In this document: piece after piece, positions 27,990 to 37,991 of the stretch
How positions within the stretch are numbered: position 1 is the stretch's first letter
How the letters are laid out: every line of letters starts with the position of its first letter
Origin: Candidatus Berkelbacteria bacterium RIFCSPLOWO2_01_FULL_50_28
GTDB taxonomy: Bacteria > Patescibacteriota > UBA1384 > 2-12-FULL-50-11
Direction: 5' to 3'
Assembly: GCA_001774395.1 (NCBI GenBank)
Contig: MEZX01000002.1
Location: 402,108-466,107 of the forward strand
Length of the DNA: 64,000 nucleotides
Notes under the pieces: model-generated
What the model was told of the DNA's origin: nothing
Databases searched by the model: none
The model's input: only the letters and a program-made list of their open reading frames with translations
Translations under genes and position numbers: made by a program

Positions 27990-30428
27990 ATGGCTCTAAA
28001 CACTTTATCAGCAGTTCGTAGCCCAAGTCGCCGGCTTTTAGAGATTCTGGTTCGTAAAGGCCAACTCAAACCCGGCTTTGAAAGTATCATCGGTGGTAAG
28101 AGCTTGACCGAAGTGGAGCAGTACTTGCTTGAAAAAAAACTAGTTTCCACGGAGCTGCTCGCCAAAGCTTTTGGCGATCTATACGGTTTACCGTTCATCC
28201 GCCTTGTTGATCGGCCGATTGCGCCGAACACAATTCGGCTGCTACCTCTGGAAATAGCTAAACGCTATAGCGTCGTGGTTTATCGGCTTGATGGTCTCAA
28301 TTTGTTTTTGGCAATTGGTGACCCGGCGCGTTTAGCGCAGAATGCGCCCCAGGTTCTGGTAGGTCTGCGACGGGAGCGGGGACTGAAAATAAACCTGGCC
28401 GTCACGTTGCCGGAAGACGTCGAAGCGGTTCTGAATAAACTGGATGACCAAGCGAAACCATTAATTCCGCCTGCTCCCGCACCTCCACCACAAGTGCAGG
28501 GACCAGAGACTCCACCACCGCCACCTCCCCCACCAGCCAAACACCTAGTAAAGCAAGTAGAGATGGTCGCCAAACCGATCGATCTAACTAGCCTAACTCT
28601 AAAGTCAGAGGATTTAAGAAAGATCCCGATCGACGTGGCCCGTCGCTACAAGATGCTGGTTTTCGAACAAGTACCCAAGCGTGGCGAGTACGAGCTACCG
28701 TTAATAAAACTTGCCGCGGTAAACCCGGAAGATCATCACGTCCGTGAAATAATTAACTACATCGAGGCTCGCAACAAGGTGCTGGTGGAACGCTACACGG
28801 TAAGTGTAGAAGGCTTTGAGACTGCGTTGAAGCAGTACACAGACCTCGACAAATCCATACCCAAAGTAGAGAAGGAGCAGCCCGTTATCCGTGAAGAAAA
28901 ACCGGTTATACCGTTAGAACAACCGCCTTCTCCACCGCCAAGCTCACCAATCGAGATACCCACAGTGAAGACTGAAATTCCCCAGTCGACCTCAAAAGAA
29001 TCTACCCAGCCTGACGAGCGCCCTTCAACGATGAAGTTTGACGAGGGAATCTCACTAAGCTCTGCCGATATCATCAGCCGGCCCAGTGCCAGCGACTCCC
29101 CGGAGGAGCTGAAGCGTCTCGCTCGAGAGCAAGAGTCCACTCTGGAAGATCAGGATCTCGACAAACTGCTTCAAGAACCAGTAACGTCGGTAGAGATTCT
29201 GGCTAAAGTTTTCCGCTCCGGTGTCATTCCGGAGATCGTTGCCGCGATGCTATTTCTGGGTATCCGCATGAAAGCGAGCGATGTTCATATCGAAGCTCAA
29301 GACAATATGGTTCGCTTGCGCTACCGAATTGACGGTATTTTGCACGACGTTATCCGCGTGCCCGGATTCTTGCTAGCGCCGCTTACTTCGCGCATCAAAA
29401 TTCTTTCCAAGATGAAAATTGACGAGCAAAGAATTCCCCAAGACGGTCGGTTCGATGTCGTAATCGACCATCGCCAGGTGGATTTACGTGTTTCGACGCT
29501 ACCGACGGTGCACGGCGAAAAAGTGGTGATGCGTCTTCTCGATAAATCGTCGGGTGTCTTAACGTTGGAGCAGCTCGGAGTAACGGGAAGCAACTTTGAT
29601 AACCTGATTGCCAACATCAACAAGCCTTACGGTGTTATTCTCTCTACCGGCCCAACCGGATCCGGTAAGTCAACGACACTGTATGCGATTCTCTCCCGCA
29701 TTAGTAAACCCGGCGTTAACATCATCACCCTGGAAGATCCGGTCGAGTACGAGCTGTCGGGAATTAACCAGTCGCAGGTTAAACCCCAGATTGGTTTTAC
29801 TTTTGCGGAAGGGCTCAGATCGGTTTTGCGTCAAGACCCGAACGTTATCATGGTGGGGGAGATTCGCGATTTGGAAACAGCGGCCATGGCTACCCATGCG
29901 GCTTTAACAGGTCACCTCGTGCTTTCCACCCTTCACACCAACGATGCGGCCGGTGCCCTGCCACGACTTATCAACATGGGCGTTGAGCCGTTCCTTATTA
30001 CTTCTTCGGTCAACGCTGTTATCGGTCAGAGATTAGTGCGCAAAGTGTGCGACAAATGCCGGGCTCGGACCACGATTCCGCCGGCAATCCTTACTTTCAT
30101 CAAAAAAGAGCTTGCGGCCATTCCTTCCACCCAAATGCGCCACATCGACCTCGATCAGCTCGTTTTTTATCACGGTACAGGTTGCGCAGAATGTGATAAT
30201 GGTTACTCCGGGCGGTTTGGAATTTTCGAAGTTCTGCCGATGAGCGATAAAATCGAGGAACTGGCGGTCCGCAAGGCGCCAACTTCGCAAATTAAGCATG
30301 CCGCAATCGCGGAGGGGATGATAACTATGACACAAGATGGTTTAATAAAGGCATTGAAGGGAATTACCACCGTTGACGAAGTTATCCGGGTGACGACGAC
30401 GGAAATTAAGGAAGTTCCCGGCGTATGA
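27990..30428 (+). CDS. pilB: Type IV pilus assembly ATPase
   Basis: ASDVHIE, PQDGR, GPTGSGKSTT, LRQDPNVIMVGEIRD, tetra-Cys; duplicated N-terminal domain with Pro-rich linkers. Confidence 0.95.
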   Translation: MALNTLSAVRSPSRRLLEILVRKGQLKPGFESIIGGKSLTEVEQYLLEKKLVSTELLAKAFGDLYGLPFIRLVDRPIAPNTIRLLPLEIAKRYSVVVYRLDGLNLFLAIGDPARLAQNAPQVLVGLRRERGLKINLAVTLPEDVEAVLNKLDDQAKPLIPPAPAPPPQVQGPETPPPPPPPPAKHLVKQVEMVAKPIDLTSLTLKSEDLRKIPIDVARRYKMLVFEQVPKRGEYELPLIKLAAVNPEDHHVREIINYIEARNKVLVERYTVSVEGFETALKQYTDLDKSIPKVEKEQPVIREEKPVIPLEQPPSPPPSSPIEIPTVKTEIPQSTSKESTQPDERPSTMKFDEGISLSSADIISRPSASDSPEELKRLAREQESTLEDQDLDKLLQEPVTSVEILAKVFRSGVIPEIVAAMLFLGIRMKASDVHIEAQDNMVRLRYRIDGILHDVIRVPGFLLAPLTSRIKILSKMKIDEQRIPQDGRFDVVIDHRQVDLRVSTLPTVHGEKVVMRLLDKSSGVLTLEQLGVTGSNFDNLIANINKPYGVILSTGPTGSGKSTTLYAILSRISKPGVNIITLEDPVEYELSGINQSQVKPQIGFTFAEGLRSVLRQDPNVIMVGEIRDLETAAMATHAALTGHLVLSTLHTNDAAGALPRLINMGVEPFLITSSVNAVIGQRLVRKVCDKCRARTTIPPAILTFIKKELAAIPSTQMRHIDLDQLVFYHGTGCAECDNGYSGRFGIFEVLPMSDKIEELAVRKAPTSQIKHAAIAEGMITMTQDGLIKALKGITTVDEVIRVTTTEIKEVPGV

Positions 30429-30600
30429 TTAGGGCAATGATCAAATCCTCAAATCAACAAATTTTCAAAGATTATCTAGTAAGCATCATTTTTGATGATT
30501 TGGTTATTTGGTTATTCGATGATTGGTTCCCTCGTCGCTGGGTGGAAACTTTACGAGATGGTCACAACAAACTATATTTAATGCAGGGGGGAGAATACTG

Positions 30601-31668
30601 ATGGCTGAAGCAATGACAACCGAAATGAAGAAACTACTCGACCTGGCGATCGAGAAGTCAGCCAGTGACCTTCATATAACAGTTGGTGTATCGCCAATTC
30701 TGCGTATTGACGGAAAGATGCTGCCGTTGGTTGATATTGCGGTAGTTACTCCTGAAATCTCCGAGCGGCTACTGATGAGCATTATGACCGCCGAACAGAT
30801 TGAGCGGCTGCATCAACGTCGAGAGCTCGACTTTTCGTTCGGTTACGGGAAGATGCGTTTTCGTACCAACGCCTTTTATCAAAAGGGAAATCTTTCCGCG
30901 GCTTTGCGGTTGATTCCTGTTCTTATCAAATCTATGGAGGAGCTTGGCGTGCCGCCAATTCTGGAGCGTTTTACCGAACCAAGCCAGGGGTTCGTTATTA
31001 TTACTGGCCCAACTGGCCACGGGAAATCAACGACGCTCGCGGCCTTAATCCAATCGATTAACGAGAAACGGGCCGAGCACATTATTACCATTGAAGATCC
31101 GATCGAATATCTGTTCGAACACAAAAAGTCGATCGTGGAGCAGCGCGAAGTTGGGTCGGATACCAACTCGTTTGCTCGAGCGTTGCGCTCGGCCTTGCGC
31201 GAGGACCCGAACGTTATTCTGGTCGGCGAGATGCGCGATCTGGAAACTATCGAAGCCGCCCTCACGCTGGCTGAAACGGGGCACTTGGTTTTCACAACGC
31301 TCCACACCAACTCCGCGGCGCAGACCGCGGATCGTATCGTTGACGTTTTTCCGCCACATCAACAGCAGCAGGTACGAATGCAGTTGGCCAACGTCCTCTT
31401 GGGCGTTGTGAGCCAGCGGCTGCTACCGCGCGTTCAGGGCGGGCGAGTGCTAGCCACCGAGATAATGATGGCCAACTCAGCCGTTCGTAACACCATTCGC
31501 GAAGGCAAAACCCACCAGCTGCCAAATATCATTCAAACTTCAGCGTCCGAAGGAATGATTGCGCTCGACAAGGTTTTGGCCGAGCTCGTGAGCCGAGGCG
31601 AAATCACCATTGATACCGCGTTAGCCTGGGCGATCGATCCCAAAGCCTTTAAGATGATGGTGTACTAA
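30601..31668 (+). CDS. pilT: Type IV pilus retraction ATPase
   Basis: ASDLH, GPTGHGKSTT, EDPIEY, ALREDP, AVRNTIRE (AIRNLIRE motif). Confidence 0.96.
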   Translation: MAEAMTTEMKKLLDLAIEKSASDLHITVGVSPILRIDGKMLPLVDIAVVTPEISERLLMSIMTAEQIERLHQRRELDFSFGYGKMRFRTNAFYQKGNLSAALRLIPVLIKSMEELGVPPILERFTEPSQGFVIITGPTGHGKSTTLAALIQSINEKRAEHIITIEDPIEYLFEHKKSIVEQREVGSDTNSFARALRSALREDPNVILVGEMRDLETIEAALTLAETGHLVFTTLHTNSAAQTADRIVDVFPPHQQQQVRMQLANVLLGVVSQRLLPRVQGGRVLATEIMMANSAVRNTIREGKTHQLPNIIQTSASEGMIALDKVLAELVSRGEITIDTALAWAIDPKAFKMMVY

Positions 31669-31810
31669 TGCTTCGCAAATTATCAATTTTCAGTTTTCAA
31701 TTTCCAAACGAGGTCAAATGCTCAAATTTTGAAAATTGTTTAATTGAAAATTCAATAAAAATTATTAATTGTAAATTGATAACTTTCCGAGCTTTGCGAG
31801 GAGCTTGGTA

Positions 31811-32884
31811 ATGGCCACAACGTACGATTTCTATTCGGCGGTTTTTCGTCGAGTTAGCACCAAAGAGAGATCGTTTGCCAGCCGACAGCTGGCGGTAATG
31901 CTCGAGTCGGGCCTGCCAATCTCTCAAGCTGTACGTTCGTTAACCGAACAAACAAGCAACCCAACGCTGCAGGCGGTAATGAGCCAGATCCTGACGGATT
32001 TGGAGAACGGCTACAAGTTTTCTGACGCCATAAAAAAGCACCCGAAAGTTTTTAACGGCGTGTATACTTCAGTCATCGCTGCTGGTGAAGCAACCGGCAA
32101 GCTTGATGTCACCATGAACCTGATGGCCGACGAACAAGAACGCGATCTAGGTTTCACCCGACGGATCATCGGAGCGCTACTTTACCCGGCGTTCATCGTT
32201 GCGGCAATGATCGTGGTGGGCATTGTAATGGTGACCAAAATTGTCCCAGCCCTGGAGCAGGTTTTCACCGAGTCGAACGCTGTACTGCCCTGGACGACGC
32301 GCACCGTCGTGGCCATTACCAATAGCCTAATTAATTACTGGTGGGTTTACATCGGAGTTATCGCCGTGTTGGTTTTTCTTGTCGCCCGCTATCTGGCCAG
32401 TAACGAAGGACGGCGATCCTTCAACGCCGTACTTTTAAAAGTTCCAGTGTTCGGCACTTTAATCCGAAACTTAGAGATGGCGCGTTTCACCCGTATTTTG
32501 GGGATGATGATGCAGGCTGGTGTTCCGATCATTCAGGCGATCGATTCGGTCTCGCAGGTGATGGAAAATGAACTTTACAAAGAGGCCTTAGCGCAAGTGG
32601 CACGTAACGTTGAACGCGGCGCGCCTATCTCACAGTCTTTAGTGCGCGACAAAATGTTCCCCACCATTGTCACCCAAATGGTCGCAGTCGGGGAGCAGAC
32701 AGGACGGCTCGAAGCTGTGCTGCAGAAGCTGGCCTCATACTACGAGGAGGAAACCAACCAATCGATCAAAAATATCACCGCGCTGGTGGAGCCGGTCGTT
32801 TTTGTAATTGTCGGCTTGGGCGTGGCATTTCTGGTTTTTTCGATAATCGTGCCAATTTACGGCATTGCGAATATAATCAACTAA
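31811..32884 (+). CDS. pilC: Type IV pilus platform protein
   Basis: RQLAVMLESG, GEATGKLD, ALLYP, GEQTGRL, EP motifs. Confidence 0.95.
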   Translation: MATTYDFYSAVFRRVSTKERSFASRQLAVMLESGLPISQAVRSLTEQTSNPTLQAVMSQILTDLENGYKFSDAIKKHPKVFNGVYTSVIAAGEATGKLDVTMNLMADEQERDLGFTRRIIGALLYPAFIVAAMIVVGIVMVTKIVPALEQVFTESNAVLPWTTRTVVAITNSLINYWWVYIGVIAVLVFLVARYLASNEGRRSFNAVLLKVPVFGTLIRNLEMARFTRILGMMMQAGVPIIQAIDSVSQVMENELYKEALAQVARNVERGAPISQSLVRDKMFPTIVTQMVAVGEQTGRLEAVLQKLASYYEEETNQSIKNITALVEPVVFVIVGLGVAFLVFSIIVPIYGIANIIN

Positions 32885-32899
32885 TAAGGAGGAGGAAGA

Positions 32900-34135
32900 A
32901 TGAAGACTTACATTAAACATGTTCGCACGTTCGCCGGGCATCAACACGGCGCAGGTTTTACTTTAATCGAGTTGCTGATGGTGATCGCCATCATTGGAAT
33001 ACTTGCTACATTAGCGATTGTTTCCGTCCAGGGGGCGCAGAAAAAAGCCAGGGACACTAAACTCAAAACCAATGGGAATGCTATTACTAAGGCGTTAGCT
33101 CAGTATGAAGTTGATAACAGTAAATATTATGTGAGTGCGACTAACACCACATTCAACATAAATAGTGGCGGTAACGAGCTAGACACCGCTCTCTCTCAAT
33201 ACGTTAAGAGTACGGTTTACTCCAGTGGCAATGCGGCAAAATATACAAGTCCGGCCGATGGTTCCTCTTTCGCTCAGGCTTGGCAGCTAGAATCTACTGG
33301 TGAGGCGCCGATTACCAGCGGACCAGGTGTGTACGCCACCAATGCGGGTAACCTCGCTGGAGCAGTAGATGCGGGCAATGGCACAAGCTCAAGCGCTCTA
33401 AGTTTTGACGGCACAAACGACTTTGCGAGCATACCTAATAACGCTGCCTTCAACCCAGCTGGCAACTTCACAGTCTCGTTCTGGGTTAAGCCTTCCGGGG
33501 CTCTGGTGAATGACGCTGGATTAGTTGAAAAATGGAGTGGGCTTGGGGCGTATCCGTTTGCTTTTCGCATAAATAGTGCCACTAGTAGCGTGAAATTCTT
33601 ACGTTTTGACGGTGTGGCTACTACGGTTACCGCGACAGGAACGACGAATATTACCAGCGGTGGCAATAACGGATGGCATCACATTGTTGCGATAAAGAAT
33701 GGAGCATCGGACTCGTTGATCATCAATAATGGTACGGCAGTGACGGCAGCGGACAATTTAATACCACCAACGAACGCCACGGCAATCTTTTTGGGTTCTC
33801 GGGGTGGTGCGAGTAACTTCTTCAAGGGGCAAATTGACGATCTGCGAGTTTATAATACCAATCTAACCACTGGTATTGGATCTCAAGTAGAGGCACTCTA
33901 TAAACTGGGCTTAGGTACTTACGGCGCTAGCGGTATCGCTAACTTAGTGGGGTTATGGAGATTGGACGAAGGGCTAGGAACCACCATCGCTGACGGATCC
34001 ACGACTGCTGTAAACGGGTCTCTAGCAGCCCCAACCGCCACTCCAACATGGGTAGCTGGAAACGCACCCCTAGGCTTCACAGGAATTGGTTCCTCACTAA
34101 CCGGCCGCGCTTTTGTAACTTTCGGAATCCGTTAG
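32900..34135 (+). CDS. Type IV pilin with inserted LamG (concanavalin-like) domain
   Basis: G/FTLIELL motif; ALSFDG.ND, FTVSFWVK, WHHIV, FKGQIDDLRVYN, LVGLWRLDEG. Confidence 0.9.
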   Translation: MKTYIKHVRTFAGHQHGAGFTLIELLMVIAIIGILATLAIVSVQGAQKKARDTKLKTNGNAITKALAQYEVDNSKYYVSATNTTFNINSGGNELDTALSQYVKSTVYSSGNAAKYTSPADGSSFAQAWQLESTGEAPITSGPGVYATNAGNLAGAVDAGNGTSSSALSFDGTNDFASIPNNAAFNPAGNFTVSFWVKPSGALVNDAGLVEKWSGLGAYPFAFRINSATSSVKFLRFDGVATTVTATGTTNITSGGNNGWHHIVAIKNGASDSLIINNGTAVTAADNLIPPTNATAIFLGSRGGASNFFKGQIDDLRVYNTNLTTGIGSQVEALYKLGLGTYGASGIANLVGLWRLDEGLGTTIADGSTTAVNGSLAAPTATPTWVAGNAPLGFTGIGSSLTGRAFVTFGIR

Positions 34136-34151
34136 TAGGCTTGACAGATTC

Positions 34152-34179
34152 TTGACAAGAGTGGGATGGGGGTTAATAT
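34152..34179 (+). promoter_or_regulatory. Sigma70-type promoter of the probable major pilin
   Basis: TTGACA-N16-TAATAT. Confidence 0.6.
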
Positions 34180-34336
34180 TAGAGTTAATGGCTTTCACCA
34201 GTCGTGGATACGGAGGGGTGGTCGACGGAGGCTCAAATGATGGGCAAGCGAAAGCTTGCCATGACAGGCGTTCGCTTGCCGCTTGGTTGTTTAAAAGCAG
34301 CGGCAAAGCACGCTCATCATAAGAATAGGAGGAATA

Positions 34337-34870
34337 ATGAAATTAAGAAAAATGAAGGGTTTTACCCTTATTGAACTGTTGGTCGTTATCGCGATCATCG
34401 GTATCCTAGCGGCGCTCGTTATTGTGTCGCTATCAGGTGCCCGAAATAAAGCAAACGACACGAAGTACAAGAGCAACCTGCGAACCCTCGCGGGTGCGGT
34501 AGAGCAGTACTCATTGGACCAGACCAACCCAGCTGATTATCCGGAAAATGCTGTATCCAACAATGGCGTTGACGAAGCTTTCACTGCGGCTCTCCTTGGA
34601 GCCGAGCTCAACGCGTATCTTGGTCAGGGCGGTACTTCTGCTGCTTGGGACTTTGGCACGCAGACAACGGGTTACGAAGAGGGTAGCACCAACGCCCCAT
34701 CTGAAACATGGGCTAGCTATGTAAAGTTGCTTAATACCAACGACAGCAGCACCGGCGTTCTTGCCGTAACATCAGCGGGAACCGTAACCGTAAATAGTAT
34801 TGTTATGAACCGACTCGGAAATGGTCTAGCGGTTAACGATAAGCTGTTCACGTTCTTCGGTCCGCAGTAG
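34337..34870 (+). CDS. Probable major type IV pilin
   Basis: KG/FTLIELLVVIAIIGIL; has its own promoter, AGGAGG RBS and terminator. Confidence 0.9.
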   Translation: MKLRKMKGFTLIELLVVIAIIGILAALVIVSLSGARNKANDTKYKSNLRTLAGAVEQYSLDQTNPADYPENAVSNNGVDEAFTAALLGAELNAYLGQGGTSAAWDFGTQTTGYEEGSTNAPSETWASYVKLLNTNDSSTGVLAVTSAGTVTVNSIVMNRLGNGLAVNDKLFTFFGPQ

Positions 34871-34924
34871 CCTGCATTCGATTCAAGATTAGAAACTAAG
34901 AAATCAGATCGATTAGATAGGAGC

Positions 34925-34954
34925 AAGAAAAGCCCCGAGAGGGGGCTTTTCTTG
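34925..34954 (+). terminator. Intrinsic terminator
   Basis: AAGAAAAGCCCC-GAGAG-GGGGCTTTTCTT. Confidence 0.8.
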
Positions 34955-35085
34955 TTACCCCAATTTTTCTTCAACCCCCACAGGTTAAGGCCTGCCCTCT
35001 ACCTGTACGTTAACTGGTAGAGGGCAGGCCTTCAGGGACGGTTTACATGTTTGAAATGCGGTGAATGAAAGGCTAATCTATTCTT

Positions 35086-35871
35086 ATGGAGGCGATAATC
35101 GTTTTTATCTTTGGGTTGATCTTCGGCTCATTTCTGAATGTCGTTATTCTTCGTTTTGATGACTGGCTATCTATTCTGAAGGGTCGTTCGCAGTGCCCAA
35201 AGTGCAAAACGAACCTGGGGTGGTACGACCTGGTTCCGCTGGTCAGCTATATTACGTTGCGTGGCAAGTGTCGTTACTGCACCAAACCAATCTCCTGGCA
35301 ATATCCAGTCGTGGAATTTGCCACGGCCGCCCTGCTTACATCGGGCTACGCCACAATTCTTGCTAACCCGGTTCTGCCCTTGTGGCAAGCCTGGGTGGAG
35401 GTGGCGCTCTTTGCTCTAATCCTCGGTGTGATATTGGTGATTTTCTTTCATGACTTGTACGAAATGATGATTCCCGAGGTCCTGTCATATATTCTGGTTA
35501 TCGCGGCGCTAGCCTTCTCGTTGATCTACTATAATGACGCCCTAGGGACGCTTTACGCCGCTCTGACGGGCTTTTTGCCGATTGCCCTGCTCGTATTTGC
35601 TGGCGGCGGTAAATGGATGGGAGAGGGCGATATAAAGCTCTCTGCAGGTTTGGCGCTATTGGTTGGCTGGCCGTCGGCGGTGGCGTACCTAGCGTTCTCA
35701 TTTATAGGTGGCGGACTCTTCGGTGTAGCAGCGATCGCGGCCGGTCGAGCGAAGCTGAAATCTGCTATTCCCTTTGCGCCGTTTCTAATTCTGGCGGCCT
35801 TTGTCACCTTCTTCTACGGACCACGAATCGTTGGCTGGTATCTGGGCATTTTGGGTTATGGCTACTATTAA
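35086..35871 (+). CDS. pilD: Prepilin peptidase
   Basis: GSFLNV, RSQCPKC, GKCRYC, D...IP, MGEGDIKL, IPFAPF. Confidence 0.96.
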   Translation: MEAIIVFIFGLIFGSFLNVVILRFDDWLSILKGRSQCPKCKTNLGWYDLVPLVSYITLRGKCRYCTKPISWQYPVVEFATAALLTSGYATILANPVLPLWQAWVEVALFALILGVILVIFFHDLYEMMIPEVLSYILVIAALAFSLIYYNDALGTLYAALTGFLPIALLVFAGGGKWMGEGDIKLSAGLALLVGWPSAVAYLAFSFIGGGLFGVAAIAAGRAKLKSAIPFAPFLILAAFVTFFYGPRIVGWYLGILGYGYY

Positions 35872-36610
35872 GTCAGCAATTAGGCGGGGCTTTACGCTAA
35901 TTGAACTTCTCCTCGTGATAGCTATTATCGGCTTACTTACTGGGCTACTTGTGCCTTCGGTTGAGCGCAGTATGTCAAAGAACCGCGTGGCTAATGACAT
36001 CGAAGTTCTTCGCTCCAAGCTGGAGGAAGTTCGTCTGTTGGCTGGTTCGGCTCGTGACGCCGACGAAGCTTCCAGTGTTACCGAGCGGCCAGATACGGAC
36101 AGAGCTGGCTACTACGGAATCTATTTCCCGCCAACCGATCAGCTGCTCGGCCAGAAGCATTTCTATGCGTTAATTCGTTTGTCTTGGCCGGTCAACGGCT
36201 GGGATCCGGCCGACCCGGGCAACACGGCGAAAAGGCGCTTTGACCCAAATACACCCGGCTACTGTACCCCAGGTCAGGCGGCGCAAGACGCTCGCAACGG
36301 CTCGGGCGACTGCCTCGTGGAACGAGTAAACCTATCTAGCGGCGTTACTTTCACCCTCTTGCCGTACATGTGGCGCAACCGCGTCATCGCTTACCGGGCT
36401 CCTAGCCAACAACTTGTTGAATTATTATGCGAGCGGCCTTGCGAGAACGGTGCCAACCATTGGCAGGAGAACCCGAGCGGTCCGAAGTTCGATCAAGCCG
36501 GAGTCAGCAACGCCAACGGTATCTATTTTGAGCTAAATTTCAGCCTCAAGACGGCAAGAGTGAAATATGCGCCTTATTCGGCTAAGCTAACTGTAGACTA
36601 CTCACTATGA
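35858..36610 (+). CDS. Minor pilin
   Basis: RG/FTLIELL motif; ATG at 35858. Confidence 0.88.
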   Translation: MATIKSAIRRGFTLIELLLVIAIIGLLTGLLVPSVERSMSKNRVANDIEVLRSKLEEVRLLAGSARDADEASSVTERPDTDRAGYYGIYFPPTDQLLGQKHFYALIRLSWPVNGWDPADPGNTAKRRFDPNTPGYCTPGQAAQDARNGSGDCLVERVNLSSGVTFTLLPYMWRNRVIAYRAPSQQLVELLCERPCENGANHWQENPSGPKFDQAGVSNANGIYFELNFSLKTARVKYAPYSAKLTVDYSL

Positions 36611-37326
36611 AGACATCTCCCCGAGCCTTTTCCCTGCTGGAAACTTTGATTGCCGCCGGGATTTTAATTATCGTCGTTAGCGCTATCACCGCGCTTTCAA
36701 ACTCGCTGGTTGCCGGGACGGTTAACAGCTCCGATCGCGCCGTCACTAACCGTTGGGCCGCTGAAGCACTCGAGCTTACCAAGAAAATTCGTGACGACTC
36801 AGTGAAATCTAGTCAACCGATCTGGTTCTCTCAAGCGGAGAACATCAACAAGTACGGCTGGTACGTTCTGCAAAAAAATATGAGCACCCAACGCTGGGAG
36901 TTGAAAACTTCAACGCTACCCAGTGCGAACGCATTAACCACTTCTCAGGTGATTAATAACGCCGAACCGTTAACGGCTGATGTTTTAAAAGGCTATCGTC
37001 TGATTTGTGTTGAAGCCGTTGGCGCGGTATCGGATCGAAGCAACGAATTCGATCAAGACAGGATTTACTGCAATACTGACCAGTCAAACACCGTCATAAG
37101 TTCTGACGGTAATCGTAGCAACCTAGAAGCTCCTTGCGATGCCGCAGATGTATTTTGCGATCTAACAATGAATTCTGTTCAGAAAAATCACTTCGACCAA
37201 ACAAAAATTATTCCCGCTGGTAGCGCCGTGAAAATCCGCGCTGTAGTACTCTGGCCAGATAAAGACGGCTTCAAAACCACTAGCATTTCAACGATGCTAA
37301 CTAACTGGAAGACAAATGGTTATTAA
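36607..37326 (+). CDS. Minor pilin (PilV-like)
   Basis: RA/FSLLETL motif; C-terminal LTNW. Confidence 0.85.
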   Translation: MKTSPRAFSLLETLIAAGILIIVVSAITALSNSLVAGTVNSSDRAVTNRWAAEALELTKKIRDDSVKSSQPIWFSQAENINKYGWYVLQKNMSTQRWELKTSTLPSANALTTSQVINNAEPLTADVLKGYRLICVEAVGAVSDRSNEFDQDRIYCNTDQSNTVISSDGNRSNLEAPCDAADVFCDLTMNSVQKNHFDQTKIIPAGSAVKIRAVVLWPDKDGFKTTSISTMLTNWKTNGY

Positions 37327-37990
37327 AAAAAGCGGTTACACTCTGCTGGAAATGCTTGTGGCGGTAACCATATTTTCTGGGTTGCTGATAATAGTACTCG
37401 GATCGGTTGCCTCATCGAGCTCGTCGGCGGCGCGCACCTCAGTTCTACGAGAAAAAACAGAAGCCGCTCGTTCGCTTATCGACCAGGTTAGTAACGACTT
37501 TCGTTACATTTATACCGATACTAGCACTGGGGATACAAATGGCGGACCAACTTTTACGGGCTACTATTTTACAACTAATGGCATGGTGATGCTCCTGAAG
37601 TTTCCAAGCACTTCCAGTACCGAGTTTGTGCGCAAAGAGTACTCTGTTAAGACAATAGACAACCGTCTCACTTTAGCGGTTGATGAAAACCGCAGCTGCG
37701 AACTTCGGGGCAATAATAACAACGTCCACTGTGATCCCAACGGCCGAGCTGGAGAGCGCGACCTGCTCTCGGGGCAGTTTGCCCTTAACGGTGGAGCGAC
37801 CGACTTTCTTAGTGATCTTAGTGGCTTAACAATTCCGGACGGTGCAGCCACCGAGCAAAACGGTTGGCTGAAGATCAACTTTACGGTCAAACCAATCGAC
37901 TACGCACCGCTCAACTGTGAGAATTCCACCCAAGTGCCGGAGGGAACATGCTACGAGATTGCCACAACCTTAGTTCCAAACAATCAATAA
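37316..37990 (+). CDS. Minor pilin (PilW-like)
   Basis: SG/YTLLEML motif. Confidence 0.85.
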   Translation: MVIKKSGYTLLEMLVAVTIFSGLLIIVLGSVASSSSSAARTSVLREKTEAARSLIDQVSNDFRYIYTDTSTGDTNGGPTFTGYYFTTNGMVMLLKFPSTSSTEFVRKEYSVKTIDNRLTLAVDENRSCELRGNNNNVHCDPNGRAGERDLLSGQFALNGGATDFLSDLSGLTIPDGAATEQNGWLKINFTVKPIDYAPLNCENSTQVPEGTCYEIATTLVPNNQ

Positions 37991-37991
37991 A

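Noticed and set aside
34185-34333. c-di-GMP-I riboswitch upstream of the pilin
   Set aside because: A GAAA tetraloop is present, but the GCAAA junction and P2 receptor are not in the expected arrangement
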